Source of the DNA: Prorocentrum cordatum
Taxonomy: Eukaryota
Assembly: GCA_963575745.1 (NCBI GenBank)
Contig: CAUYUJ010000062.1
Span: forward strand, 1-64,000
Reading direction: 5' to 3'
DNA: 64,000 bases
Of this stretch, positions 24,701 through 38,000 are shown one piece after another (the first letter of the stretch is position 1; each line of letters opens with the position of its first letter). The position numbers and the translations under genes are program-made. The notes beneath the pieces are model-generated. The model ran no database searches, was not told the DNA's origin, and saw only the letters and a list, made by a program, of their open reading frames with translations.

Positions 24701-27700
24701 TGGGCAGCGCGACGCTCCCACACCAACAACGACAGTGGAGGTCTTGGGCTCTCAGGGTTGGGTTTCTCGTGGGCTGGCCTCCACCGTGTACACGTCCACT
24801 GCCCCAGGCCGGGCCCGTCCCGGGCCCACGAGCAGTCAGTGTGCCTCGAGGGCCGAGGGCGTGTGCACCGCTCTCGGGGCCCAGGATGGGCCAGGCCCGG
24901 GGCAGTGGACGTGTGCAGCTCTCGCCGCCTTGGCAGGCGCCGCGCCCTCTGGCGGCATCCTGATCAACCTCAGCGAGCACGGCACGCTGGTGAACGGCGA
25001 GCTGGTGCACGAGAGCCACCGCCTGGCGCAGGGCGACGTCGTCGGGCTGCCGAGGCTCGGGGTCGGCGGTAGTCTAGATACCCGCGCGCCGACGCGAAGG
25101 GGGCGGGCGCGCACCACGGCTTTCAGCAGCGCTGCCGAGCAGGACAGCTCCATGCGTCGCCTTGCACGGCCGCGCCGCTGACACAAGCCCAAGGCCTACC
25201 ATCGCACACACCACGCGCAATGCCAGGTCTCCAACACCATACTCAGGAGGGAAAAAAGCACACAGACACAATTAATCGTCGATGCTGGGAAGTGGGGGGG
25301 AAGACAAAAACCTAGAACATATGGTAAAAAATATTGGGAATCTGTTTATTTGTGTGTATTTATTTGTGTGTTCTGAGGCCCCTTTACCAACGTCCAGAGG
25401 TCTGTACCGGGAGATGCACAGGGGCGCATTGAAAAGTTCAACGCGGAGGCATTTCGTCGTTCGCGGCCTCTGGGGGCTCGGGGGCCCCTTGACTGTCAAG
25501 AGCGACTCTGGACCAGAGGGCGGCTGGGGGGGGGGGGGGGGTTTGGGGGGGGGGGGGGGGGGGGGGGGGGCCGTGCTGCAAGAAACAAATTGCTGGACGT
25601 ATAGGTAAGTCGGGCATGTTCCTCTACAGGGGGAATGTTCAAAAAATAGTCAACGAAATCGTCTGGGGACGATGTCTTGACAATGTTTCTATTTTCCGCC
25701 CACAATCCGCCTGTAGGAGGACGTGCCCGACCTCAACGTGTGGGTGCAGATCCACTGCCCTTGGCCAGGCTCATCCTGGCCCCGGGTTGGTGTGGGTTAC
25801 CTCCCTGGCCAGGCCGGGGGGCGCACATTCACCGTTCACGCAGGCCCAGGATGTAAGGCCTGGCCGGGGGCAGGGGACTCGTAAAGACCTCGCCGCCCTA
25901 CAGCTATTCGATGCTCCTTCGTTCGGGTATAGCCAGGACCCCGGGTAAGGGGACCTGGTTAGTGGTAGGGCCTTGGGGCCCCTCAGTTGGCCAGATTCAC
26001 TAAACCAGGTTTGCCGTAACTGGTGTTTTTCGGGTGACGGCAGTTCCGGTTAGTAAAAATGGGACGGGGGGGCGCCCCCGGTCTTTAAACCAGGTTCCAT
26101 TCCACTCAACCCAGTTCTGCCAACGCCCGATTCGTACCCGCGGATTGGCCCCATGTGTGTATGTGTTTACCCAGTTCTGCTCCGCCGATCTCACGCGGCC
26201 AGCATCGGCCTTCCGTGCACTGCCTGGGTCGCATCGACGGTCTTCGGTAGGCCAGCACACGTTGGCGATACGGTCGGACCGAAGGATAAGATCGAGGCCG
26301 GTTCGGGGAGGGTACCCCAATGCTCTTCGTGCTTGTTGGATGTTCTGGTACATCTTGGGGAAGGGTACCCTGAAGGATAGTTCTGTCCTGGCGGAAGGTC
26401 TCATGTTCTTGAAGGATGCTCTTCCGTCCTATGTCCGGCCGTAACACTCGTTCCCAGAGATCCAATGCCTTGACTCGTTCCATGCGGGGCCCCCGCCCGG
26501 AAGTCTCGCCCCGTTCCCCAGGACCGGCCCTGCATCCCGAGTCGTTCCCTGACGGCCCTGGGGCCCGGCGAGGGCCCCCGGAGGCCGAAAACGGCGAAGC
26601 ACACCTCCGCATCGGATTCTTCAGTGCGTCGGCTCCCTGGGCTCTGCGGATCCCCGATCTGCGAGGCTCGGCCGCGCGGAGGGCGAGGCTCCCGTCGTGG
26701 AGTTCCGCCTCCTCCGCGGCGCCGCGGGGCGGCCGCAGGCGGCGCTCGCTGCGCCCCCGGGCTCGCCGCGCGCCTCCTGGGGCGCCTCGGGCGCCCTCGA
26801 CTCCGGCGCGTCGGGCGCGTGCGGCCCGACGGGCTCCGCGGCGGGCTCCAGCGAGTGCGCCGAGGCTCGCCACGAAGCGGCGGCGAGCGAGGCGAGGTTC
26901 TCGCAGTTTTCGGCATCGGGGGGGCCCTCCTCGGGCCTCGGGACCTTCAGAAAACGACTCAGGAGGAGAAGCCGGTCCCGGGAGAGTGGTCCAGACCTCT
27001 GGGGGTCGACGCTGCGGAAAAGTCAAGACGTCGGGGGTCTGGGTTCGGCGGCGAGCGAGGGGGGGAAGTGAGAAGGAGGAGGCCTTCTCAGAAGGGGGCG
27101 GGGCTTCTCAGAAGGCCCGCCGGCCTTCTGAGAGGTTTTTCTGTGTCTTCAGAAGGCAGGGGGACTTCCGAGCCTTCTGAGAAGGCCCGCCCCTTCTCGC
27201 TTCCCCCCTTGCTCGCCGCCGAACGAGGCTTCACCAGGTCCTCGTGGCGACGAGCCCTCAGGTCCTGGCGTCTCGCTTTGTTCGCCACGGACGAGGTTGC
27301 CTCGTTTCGGGTCCGGGGGCCCTCACGGGTGGATCGGGCCAGAGAAACGGTGCAGAAAGATCGGGCCGGGGGCTCCGGCGAAGTGTCCACCATGCGAGCG
27401 GCGACAGGAAACGGGTTCGTCTTCACCGACGTTGGCGCGCAAGCTGCCCGCGTCAGGTCTCGCGTAAGCGGCCTCATTTCCGATGTGGCGTGCCGCGCTG
27501 GCGGCACGCGCAAGCCGTGGCGTGGGGTCGCTACGGCATCTCGCGTGAGCCTTTCGTCGCCCACCTTGCAGCTGTTCTTGACGTCGGATCTCAGGAAGTC
27601 CTGTAGTTTACGGCCCCAGGGCCCGATGGGAACCCCCAGAGGCCGAAAATGGCCCAAGACTTCCCGTCCTGATCGTTTGCTCGCGGCGCGAGGAGCTCTG

Positions 27701-30700
27701 GGCCCGTCTTCAAGGAAGGAAAACACACCCAGACTTCAACACTTGGCGTTTGCTAGACGGCCCTGGGCGTTTACGAAACAGCCCTGGCTTGTTCGATTCC
27801 TTTCTGGGGTACGTTTTTCCTGCACGGTTTCGCCTATCGGGCTTTTCGTGAGGGTGGATACAGTCGACCGGTACAGTAAGGACGGGCAACTTTCCCAAGG
27901 GTATCCTTGCCTCCTTGCCTCCTCGGTCCATCCTCGGCCACTTCCGCTGGCCGCGCCCCGCTCGAAAGACTTCGAAACGGCCCTCCGAGGCCCTTGCGTC
28001 CTCGTCGCGCATCCTCGCGATGCGGGCCGACCGCATTCTGCTCCCCTGCGCCTCGCGCCAGGCGGCGCTGCCTGCGGCGTCGGCCCTGCTGGGCTTCGGC
28101 TCGGCGGGGCCGCTCGGCTCCGCGGCGGAGCCGCGGCGCGGTGCCGGGCGGGCGGCCGCGTGGCAGGCGGGGGCGGCGGCGGCGGACTCGCTCGACCTCG
28201 CCCGCGCCGCGGCGCGGCGCCCCGAGGCCCCGGGGGGCGGCGGTCGGGGGCATTGACGGAGGGGCCTCGGGGGAGGGAGGGGGAGGGAGGAGGGAGGAGG
28301 GAGGAGGGAGGAGGGAGGGGGAGGAGGGAGGAGGGAGGAGGGAGGAGGAGGAGGAGAGGAGGAGGAGGAGGAGGAGGAGGAGGAGGAGGAGGAGGGAGGG
28401 GGGGGGGGAGGAAGGGAGGAGGAGGGGAGGAGGAAAGAGGAGGGGGAGGAGGAGGGGGAGGATTGAGGGAGGAGGGTGAAAGAGGGAGGAGAGGAGGAGC
28501 GAGGAAGAGCGAGGACGAGGAGGAGGAGGAGGAGGAAGAGGGGACGAGGAGGAGGAAGAGCGAGGAGGAGGAGGAGGAGGAGGAGGAGGAGGAAGAGGAC
28601 CAGAGCAAGCCCAAGATGCATCAGCGATGCCGTCGCCCGCGCCTCGCCGCGCGGCCCCGGACCCTCGGGGGCGGGGATCGGGGGCAGCGATGAGGGCTTG
28701 GCATCGCTCGGACGTGTTTTTGTTGGTTCGGCGAGGGCCATCGAGAAGCATAGTGGATCACCTTGCGAGAACGCACGAGACCGAAAGACGCACTAGAGTG
28801 GACGTTCGAGCGATGGCAAGAGGGGGGGTGGCCCGAGATCCCGGCGTCCCAGACACGATCGCGTCGTAAAAGATCACGACGGGAGGTGTTTGGCCACTTT
28901 CGGCCTCCGAGAGGCATAAAAAGAGATGTAGGGGAATCCTGGGATGTGTGTCCATTGATTTGCGTGTCCCTGGGTCCCTTCAACCTGGATGGGCTGTGGC
29001 CCTTCGGCCCGGCCCGGGCGCGGCGCGGCAGAGCCGCGCGCGGCGCGCGGCGGCTCGGCAGCTCCCGGGCTGCCCAGGGAGGCGCCCTGGCGACCCAGGC
29101 ATGAGCGCGTCGCACGCCGAGAGGGTTGTTGGCCAGTTTCGGCCTCCGGGGGCCTTCGCCGGGCCCCGGGGCCGTCAGAGAACGGGTCGGGATGAAGAAC
29201 GGGTCCCGGGGATAGGGTCGGGGCTTCAGGACCGCGAATTGAAAAATTCAGGACGTCGCACGCCTGGGGTCGCGATTGCTGGGGTCGCGATTGTTTCTCA
29301 GCGGGCCCTGGGACCCTCACGGATGAATCCGGTTCGAAAAATACCGCCGAGAGATGGGGGCCAGGAGTCCGGCCAGGTGTTTCTTCATCTTTCTCGTGCC
29401 GTCCGATTTGGGGGGGGGGCTCGGGGGGGGACCCCAAGACAGCCAGCACGCCTCCAAGAGCCGCGAAGAAGCTTTCAGGAGACCCCAAAGACTCCCCAAG
29501 AAGGCCTCCAAGAGGCCCCCGCGAGGCCCCCTTCGGAGAGGGGGATGGAGGAAAAACCACCCCGACCCCAACAGCGTCTACTAAACAGTCTGGGGCGTTT
29601 ACCGAACAGCCCTGCCTTGTTCAGTTCCTTCCTCGGGTGTTTCCTCGGGTGCGTTTGCGAAAAGGCTTTGCCGTCGGGATGCGCAGCACGAAGGTGAATA
29701 TTCGACCCTCTACAGCGGGGACTGCGTCGACCCCCCATTCGTGCACTCCTCGCCGACAGGGGCCTGCTGGCCCACCATGGCCAGCCCCGTGCGGCTTCGC
29801 CTATCCGAGCGCCATGCTTCCCCCCCGGCTGCCGGCGTGGCAGCCGCCACTCCTCCTCCTCCTCCTCCTCCTCCTCCTCCTCCTCCCCCTCCCCCTCCTC
29901 CTCCTCCTCCTCCTCCTCCTCCTCCTCCTCCCCCTCCTCCTCCTCCTCCCCCTCCTCCTCCTCATCCTCCTCCTCCTCCTCCTCCGCACTTGGACATCCA
30001 GGCGGTGTATGACGAACCCTGGAAGACCCACTGCGGCATCCAGATCACGGTGGGCAACGCAGAGCCGTGGGCGTACAAAGCTATCAAGGTTCCCAAAGCC
30101 CTCCCCGCCCGAGCCAGACCCAAGGAGGTCGCGGACCCGGACAGTAAAAGGCCCAAGGCTCTGGCGCAGGCGCTGACGTTGAGAACCAGGAGGGAAGGGC
30201 TGCCAGGGCACCTGCGCGACGAGTTCGACGCCCTCCACAGCAACGGTGCGGACGCGTCCAAGGAAGACCCCACGCCGTTCATGATCCCAGAGGCCGACTG
30301 GGACAACGCCGCCGACGAGGTGCGGAACGACCCGAGGTTTGAGGGCAACCGCGTCGGCACAAGCAGAGTGTTGCAGCGCAGATCAACTCTTCGTACGCCC
30401 AGCGACTCGCAACCCAGGAGGTAGCCTTCCTGGGGACATACCACGTCCCCGCCGACGAGAGGACCAGCTACCAGGGCAGAGCCGAGGGCTACAAAACCAC
30501 CAAGCGGATCATGAGGGCATCACCTGGGAGAGCGTACATGAAGGACCCTGAGGCTACATGGTGGCAGCACACCAGCACGCTCATCTTGAGGTACACAACG
30601 GTGGTCAAGAACGCGAAAGATCCGAAGGCACGCCAGCAGATCCACAGGACCATTCACAACAAGCTCGACGACCTGGACAACCCAGAGGCCCAGAAGAACC

Positions 30701-33700
30701 ACTTCGGCAACAAGACGGATCCGAAGGAGATCGATGAGTGGAAGACCCAGATCTCCACTCGTCGCTGCGGCGAGGACGACCTCCACTACCTCTGCGCCAC
30801 CACCACGACGTGGACGCACAAGGCCAAGAGCTAGGGCAGCGGGCAGAGTTCGGAAGAGATACCTCGACTGGGCGAAGCAAGCTTGGAAGGACTCTCCTGG
30901 TAAGCTCCATCGTACGCTCACGGACCCCAAGGCACAGCGCTTGGAGGACAAGATGGGCCACCACCGTCGGCGACCCATACCTGGCCATGAACACGGCTGT
31001 GGACACGCGGCGCGACATCTGGAAGTCCAATCGCTACAACGAGAAGCAGATCATCTACGCATACGAGAGGGTCACCCAGCTCGCGAAGGAGGACCACTTC
31101 CCGATCATCGAGCCGCAGCACATCCATTCCATCGCTGGCATTGCCAACCCCAACAAGCCGAAGGGGGGTCGTCAACATCGGATCGGCCCCATCGACATCC
31201 AGAGACTCCCTCATCAGGGCATCCAGGAGCTCGCCAACATCTACAACGCGGTGGAGCAGAGCGGCCTGCGGCCGCAGCAGCTATGCGCCACTGTCGGAGC
31301 GATGGCCCCCAAGCCCGCTGGCGGGGAAAGGATCTCGGGCGCGCCCCCCACGATCCCCAAGACATGGGCCAAGATACGGTCCACCATTACGGACGAGTGG
31401 CCCAAGGAGTTGGCGGAGTTCTGGGACACCGCCATCCAGGTCCCCAGCGCGCCCAGGGCCGCGCTGGCCAGGGCCCTCCTCGACGAGACGGCAGCGGCGT
31501 TCGGCGCGGCCTTCGCCGCGATCCCCATGGACGTCGAGAAGTTCTACGAGTCGGCATGTTACGCGCTCCTCTTCGACGCCGCCATCAGGGCGCCGATTGT
31601 CGCGGCGCTGGAGGTGCAGCCCCACCTGGCCCCCAGGCACTTGCGCGCGCACGGCTGGGCCAGCGCCCTCATCGGCCCGCAGCGGCCCATCGTCGCGGGC
31701 AGCTGCAACGGCGGCAAGCTGGCGAAGATCTCCCTCGGGCCGATCCTCCAGAGGGCCCACCACCACTAGACCTAAGGCGGGCTCGCGGGCCATCGTAGAT
31801 GGCACGGCGGCCAGGACGGAGGGGCAGACGCAGCAAGTCATCGGCGACCTCATGGGCGCGGCGACAGGCCTCTACACTGGCATGACGGACGCGGGCCTCC
31901 GAGCGTCTTCCAAGACGACGGTCGCCGCTTCCAGTCAGACGATCGCCCTCGCGACCCACGTCGGCTTCACGGAGAAGGGTTACTCCATCAAAGTTGCCCA
32001 CGCATCCGTCGATCTCGGCATCGACGTCGGCGGCGCCAAGAGGAGGGCCGCAGCCGAGGCCCCCACGCGGGCCTTGACGGCGAAGCGCCGCACCAACCGC
32101 ATCACCACGAAGGTCAGATGGGCCTGTCCCCAGCGGTCATCCTCGAGCAGAGGCGCCAGGCTATTCAGGCTTCCGCTGGGAGAGCAGGACGTCGCCTCTC
32201 CACCGCGCTGGCCGCAGCCTTGGGGCAGAAGGGCCACGCCATCGAGCAGAGGCGCCAGTCGATCACGGAGTGGCTCCACTTCTGGTTCAACCACCCACCA
32301 GAACACAAATTGCGGGTCACGCAGGCGCGGAAGCTCCTCTACGACGACGATCAGCCGCGCCAACAAGAAGCGGGGGAAGGTGCTGGGGCCCATCTCCGCC
32401 GCACAGGCCATCCTCACAGACGCGGGGTGGATATGCCCTACGCCATGCGAATGGTCTCGCCCACCATGGGGAGGAGAGACCGAAGTACAAGAATGGCTCC
32501 TACCTCACAGCGGCCAACCAGACAGGGAGGACAAGAAGCACGACGCGGGCCCCGCGGAGTTCGTCCACGAGCCCCGCCTGTCCATCGAGAAGGGCCCGCG
32601 GAAGGACGCAGCCAAACATCCACGCGGAGGAGGACTGCAGCGCGGAGGCCAGACGCCCACATCATTACGCCCTCACCCCCTGCGCGGCCGCACGCAAGAC
32701 GCGCCCGCGCCGCGCGGCCTCCGACGAGGCACGCATGCACGGGATCTGGCTGTGCCCGAGCAACCGCGACCACGAGGGCGACACCGATCATGACGCCCTC
32801 CTTCCGCAGCCCCTGCTGGGGCCGAGGCTTTTCCTGCCCGCCGGCTCCGCGGCCTGCCTGCGCGCGCAGACGCGCGCCCTGTCTTCTCTTTGTTGGAGGC
32901 GGGGTGGGGGGGTGGGCGGCGGGTGGAGCTGGGTCGGGCGGGGCTGGGAGGACTGCGCCAACGGCGATGGAACTGTCACTCTTTTCGGCGATGGGTCGGG
33001 CGGCGAGTTCAGTGACGACCCCCGTCGCCGAAGGGTGGGAGCCGCCTGCGCCGCTATGACGAGCTTCTTTGGGGAGTGGGCCCCCTGGGGAGGCACCCTC
33101 CCAGGCCTGGAGGGCCCCTTCCAGACGGTGCCCCGCGCCGAACTCTTGGCTTTTGCGCTCGCCCTCGAAAGCTGGCCTGGCGACCTCTGCTTCATTACTG
33201 ACCTCATGCCGCTTATGACGGGTGGAGGACGAACCGACATTTGCGCCCCTTGCGAAGGCGCGAGCTTAGATTTGCGGGCACGCATTGCCAAGGCAACGCG
33301 CACTCGCGGCAGCGGCAAGCTAGAGGTGACCTGGGCGCCCTGACACAGCGAGGGAGCACCCGGCCTTGCTTCCGACCCTGTCCGCCACTTCCACGCGGCA
33401 GGCAATGCAGCAGCTGACACGCGAGCAGGCGTAGCCGAAGTCTCCTACGAGGCAGCCCTCGCGGGCCCGCCCCCCCCCCCCCCCACCCCACCCCCACCCC
33501 ACCCCACACTGACCTGCACGACGCCCAGCGCGCCCTCATCCGCACGAGGGCGCGCAGAACGCACGCGGACACGCTTGCAGTTGACCCCTGGGTCGCGGGG
33601 CGACCCTCGCAGGCCAGAGGCCCACGTCTCACCAAGCTGCAGCTAGCCACGCAGTCAGGCCAGCACTCTTTCGAGCTCCGCGCAGGCAAGTACTTGTGCA

Positions 33701-34873
33701 CGCGCTGCGGGCTCACTACCGACCTGTGCAAGGCGCGGCATGCGCGTGCGACGCCTTGCCACCACGAGCCGCCGCTGCCAACGGCCAGCGATCAAGTGGT
33801 GCCAGCGCAGGGCGCCGCTACCACTTGCGGGCGCGAGCTGCACGCCTCTCACAAGCTGCACTATATACAGAAGTACTGGTTGTATTGTTGCCGCGAATGC
33901 GACAAGGTGGCTAAGCAGGACCCACGCCATCTTGCCGCGCCCTGCATGGGAATCACGAGGAAGCGGCGAGAGAACCGCGTCAAGATAGACAGTGGACTTT
34001 TCACCCGCGCCCACGCTGGGCGCGACGGACTGACCAATTTCGTGCGGCGGCTATCCACGGCATGGCCGTGGAGGAGTGCATTGCCGACGCCGCGCTTGCC
34101 GCTGTGCCCGCACGCGCCACACAGCAGGAGAGTTAGAAGGCACTTGGCCTCGCTCACAAAACGCACCCTGGTGCGCTCGGACGTATCCTCATATATATCT
34201 CCTCCTTCGCCTCCTCCTCCTCCTCCTCCTCGTGGTCCTCCTCCTCCTCCTCCTCCTCCTCCTCCTCCTCCTCCTCCTCCTCCTCCTCCTCCTCCTCCTC
34301 ATCCTCATCTCATCCTCATCCTCATCCTCTCCTCCTCCATTTCCTCCTCCTCTTCCTCCTCTCCTCCTTCCTCCTCCCTCCTCCTCATTCCTCCTCCCTC
34401 TCCTCCCTCCTCCTCCTCCTCTCCTCTCCTCCTCCTCCTCCCCTCCTCTTCCTCCTCCTCCTCCTCCTCCTCCTCCTCCTCCTCCTCCTCCTCCTCCTCC
34501 TCCTCCTCCTCCTCCTCCTCCTCCTCGGGTCGCCTACGGCCTTGGGGGGAGCCGTGCACCCAGGAAACCTGAGCGTCGCTTGGAGCCGAAGCGGAGAAAA
34601 CGCCATAGACAGAAACGACTGGCGTTCCGCGCGGATTTCTCAGATCCGGCGCCTGCGGCGCCGCCACTGGCGCGTTCCGCGCGCCAGGGAGGGGTGTCCA
34701 CCGCAGATCCAAGGAATCCGCGCGTAGCGCCAAAATAATATGTTTATGTTGTTTCTTCTTCGCATTATTAGTTTGGTATGATTCGCAGTATTCGTATTAT
34801 CTTTATAATTAGTAGTATTATTAGTAGTAGTAGTCGTATTATTATTAGTAGTAGCAGCAGTAGTAGTAGCAGC

Positions 34874-34904
<31 letters not shown>

Positions 34905-34922
34905 TGATTAGTATCAGTATTA

Positions 34923-35015
<93 letters not shown>

Positions 35016-38000
35016 ATAGTAGTAGTAGTAGTAGTAATAGTATTAATAGTATTAATAGTAGTAGTACTAATAATAGTATTACTATTATTAATATTAGTAT
35101 TAGCATTATTAGTATTAGTATTCGTCTGTGTGTGCTTCTTATGTTTATTATTAATATTCGTATTAGTGGTTTCGTATTAGTGTTCTTCTCATTCATATTA
35201 TTAGTGTTAGTATTATTATTATTAGTAGTATTCTTCTTTCTCTAGTTTTAGTAGTATTACTATGCGCATTCTTCTTATTATTATGAGTAGTATTATGAGT
35301 ACTAGTGGTATTAGTAGTATTACGTCGTACCATTAGCATTATTAGTATTATTAGTATTATTATTATTCTGTTGAGTATGCTGGGGAGGCGTGGCACTCTC
35401 TCTTTCCATCCGCCATGCCTGTTTGGGACCAACGAGGCCCCCATGGGCGACGCGCCCACACCTCCAAAGTTGCACCGACGACCAGAATATGAGGCTGACA
35501 GTTTCCTGCGCGCAGCTCTATAGAGAGGCAGAGGGACCTAGCCCAGGAACATACTGAAGCCTCGCCCCAGGAGACGGGCTCGCCCCTTGGCCGCGCGGCT
35601 CCAGAGCGCCCCTTCGCACTGGAGTGCACCCAGTCGCGGGGGCTGCTCGGGCGGGAGCTGGAGCGGCTGCCCGCGAGGCTGCGGGTGCTGGAGGCGAGCG
35701 GGTGCCCGCCGGGGCTGCGGCTGGGGCGCGCGGTGCTGGGGGGGGGGGAGAAGTTCTGGGCCTGGGACGCAGTCGCCCGCCTTACCATAAGCTATAGTTT
35801 ACGTTGAGGTCTCTCTCGATGCAGGCCTTACTGTTTCCATCGATGGATGTTGTCCCGAGGTTAAAAGCACCTCGATGCTTTTCATGTGCGCCACAAGAAA
35901 GGCCTCGATGGTTTTCGCGTGCGTCACGAAGTACCTCGATGGTTCTTAAACGCGCCATGAAGCACCTTGATGTTTGGGCATGTGCGCCACGAAAGACCTC
36001 CCTGAGTGGGGTCAGAGTAGAGTCAAGGCGCATAGCAACGATGCGCGGTCAGGATGCAAGCCTCTGAGGGCCATGTTGCGGTTTTCCGAACGGGGCTGGC
36101 CAGCGAAAGTCGCCAAGGATGGGCCGAAGGGGCCAAGGATGCAAGCGTGGCCTTGGAAAATTACTCATCCTTGCTATGCGACTTGACTGTAGACGGGGTC
36201 GGAGGATTGCGCCGCATCGCCGATGAATCGGCGATGCGGCTCGATTTGGAGCCCGATGGTATCAAAGCTGGCGTCGACGATTTACCGCTGGCGTCGCCGA
36301 TCGTCGGCAATGCGTCGGCGATGGCCGATGCGGCGCGATCCTGCGGCTAGGGCGCGCGGTGTGGGAGGGGAGAGAGAAACGCACAAGCACGAGCACGTCC
36401 GGAGGTATGAGGTTGGAGGCACGGTCGACACGCCGGCACGACCTTGAGGCTCGAGGTTTTCGGGCGTGTTCGTTGGGCCTCGCTGGTCCTCGAGCCTCGG
36501 AGTGCTCCCCAGCAGCTGCGCCTCGCCGAGGACGTGCTGAGCTGCCCGGCTCGCCCCCATCGGCCGGCCCCAGGCCCGAGCTGCGGCCCCGACCACCTAG
36601 AGATCCAACGCACCCCCCTGGGATCCCGGCGTCGAGGTGTTCGCCAAGGCCGACCTCTCGCCTCGCGTCGGGCCCCTGGGCCCTCGCGGATCGGTCTGGC
36701 TCGAGAAGCGTCGGAGGTTGATAGACCTCCTGCCCTGCCACGTCGATTGGCGAATTGGCCGTGTGCGGTTCGCGAAAGGGCGTCGCGGCCGTCATTTTCG
36801 CACGTCCAGGTCCGTCGGGTTCGGGCCTAGGCCGTTCTCATTAAAGGGTGGTTTACTAATTCCCTACCTAGGTTCTGCCTAGAAGGGTTCTTACTTTCTT
36901 TGCTTAAAGGGGCCGGGCAGTGGAACCCGCCCCGGGCGGTTCCCCCGGTCCCCTGGGATCCAAGCAAAAGCAACATCGAAGGTAAAAGCAAACGCGCGGT
37001 ACCCCCAGTTGCGCTCCTTGGGTGCCAAGCAAAAGCAAAAGCAAAAGCAAAAGTGAAGGCAAAAGCGAAGGCAAAGCAATAGCATAGCATAGCATAGCAT
37101 AGCGCAGCATAGCATGGCGCAGCATAGTAATCTAGCCTAGCCTAGCCTAGCCCAGCCCAGCATAGCATTGCCCAGCATAGCATAGCATAGCATAGCATAG
37201 CGCAGCACAGCATCCACTATTGCTGCTGCTACACATATATATATATACACACACATGAGGAGAAGGAGGAGGACGGCGTTTACCGCTCCTACTAATGTTG
37301 CTTTCTTAGAGGCTCCAACTCCTAGGTAGGGTCGCACTGGGATAATGGAAGGTTTGTCCACCTCCGAAAGCGGCGCAGAAGGATGGGGCCCCAGGGCTCC
37401 GGGCGAGTTCTGCTACGACGTCTGCGTGTTCGTCGCGACGTCGCGTCTCGGAGGGAGCGCGTCGGCGCCCGATCGCCCAAGGCAGCGCCGAGGTGGGCCC
37501 CCGAGCCGACCCCGCCGGGGAGCGCGCGGCGTCGCCGCCCGGGCACGTGCGGTTGCCCAGTCCAGCCTCCGACGCTTCCGAGGTGCCCAGGGTGCCCTCC
37601 AGGGCGGCTCAAGGCCCCCGCGCGCACGCCGACGAGGCCTCAGCCACAGTCCAAGAGGCCCCGAAATTGCCCAAGGCTATTCCAGAGAGGTCCCAAAAGG
37701 GAGCTGAAGCGCTCAAGGCAACAAGGCGTTCCCAGGACCCCCCGCGCGCTATCGGGGGCCTATCCATAGCCGGCCCATCGAAGATAAATCGCCGAGAAGG
37801 GGCTGGTTCCCCGGCAGCTGCGTGCTCTGCAACGCTGCGGCGCTAGTCGGTGGGGAAGCGAACGAGAGATTCCAAATTCGGGGTGCACGCCAGGCGGGGC
37901 GGAGGCGGAGCGGAAAGAGGGACCGAGAAAGCTCGGCCTCGTTCGGACGTGTGCATGTTTCTCGGTGGGCCAGCGCCAGAACATCTGGACCACCTTGGAG

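Noticed and set aside
26624..28693. 689-aa ORF
   Set aside because: It crosses two exons out of frame plus intronic repeats. A GC-rich artefact.
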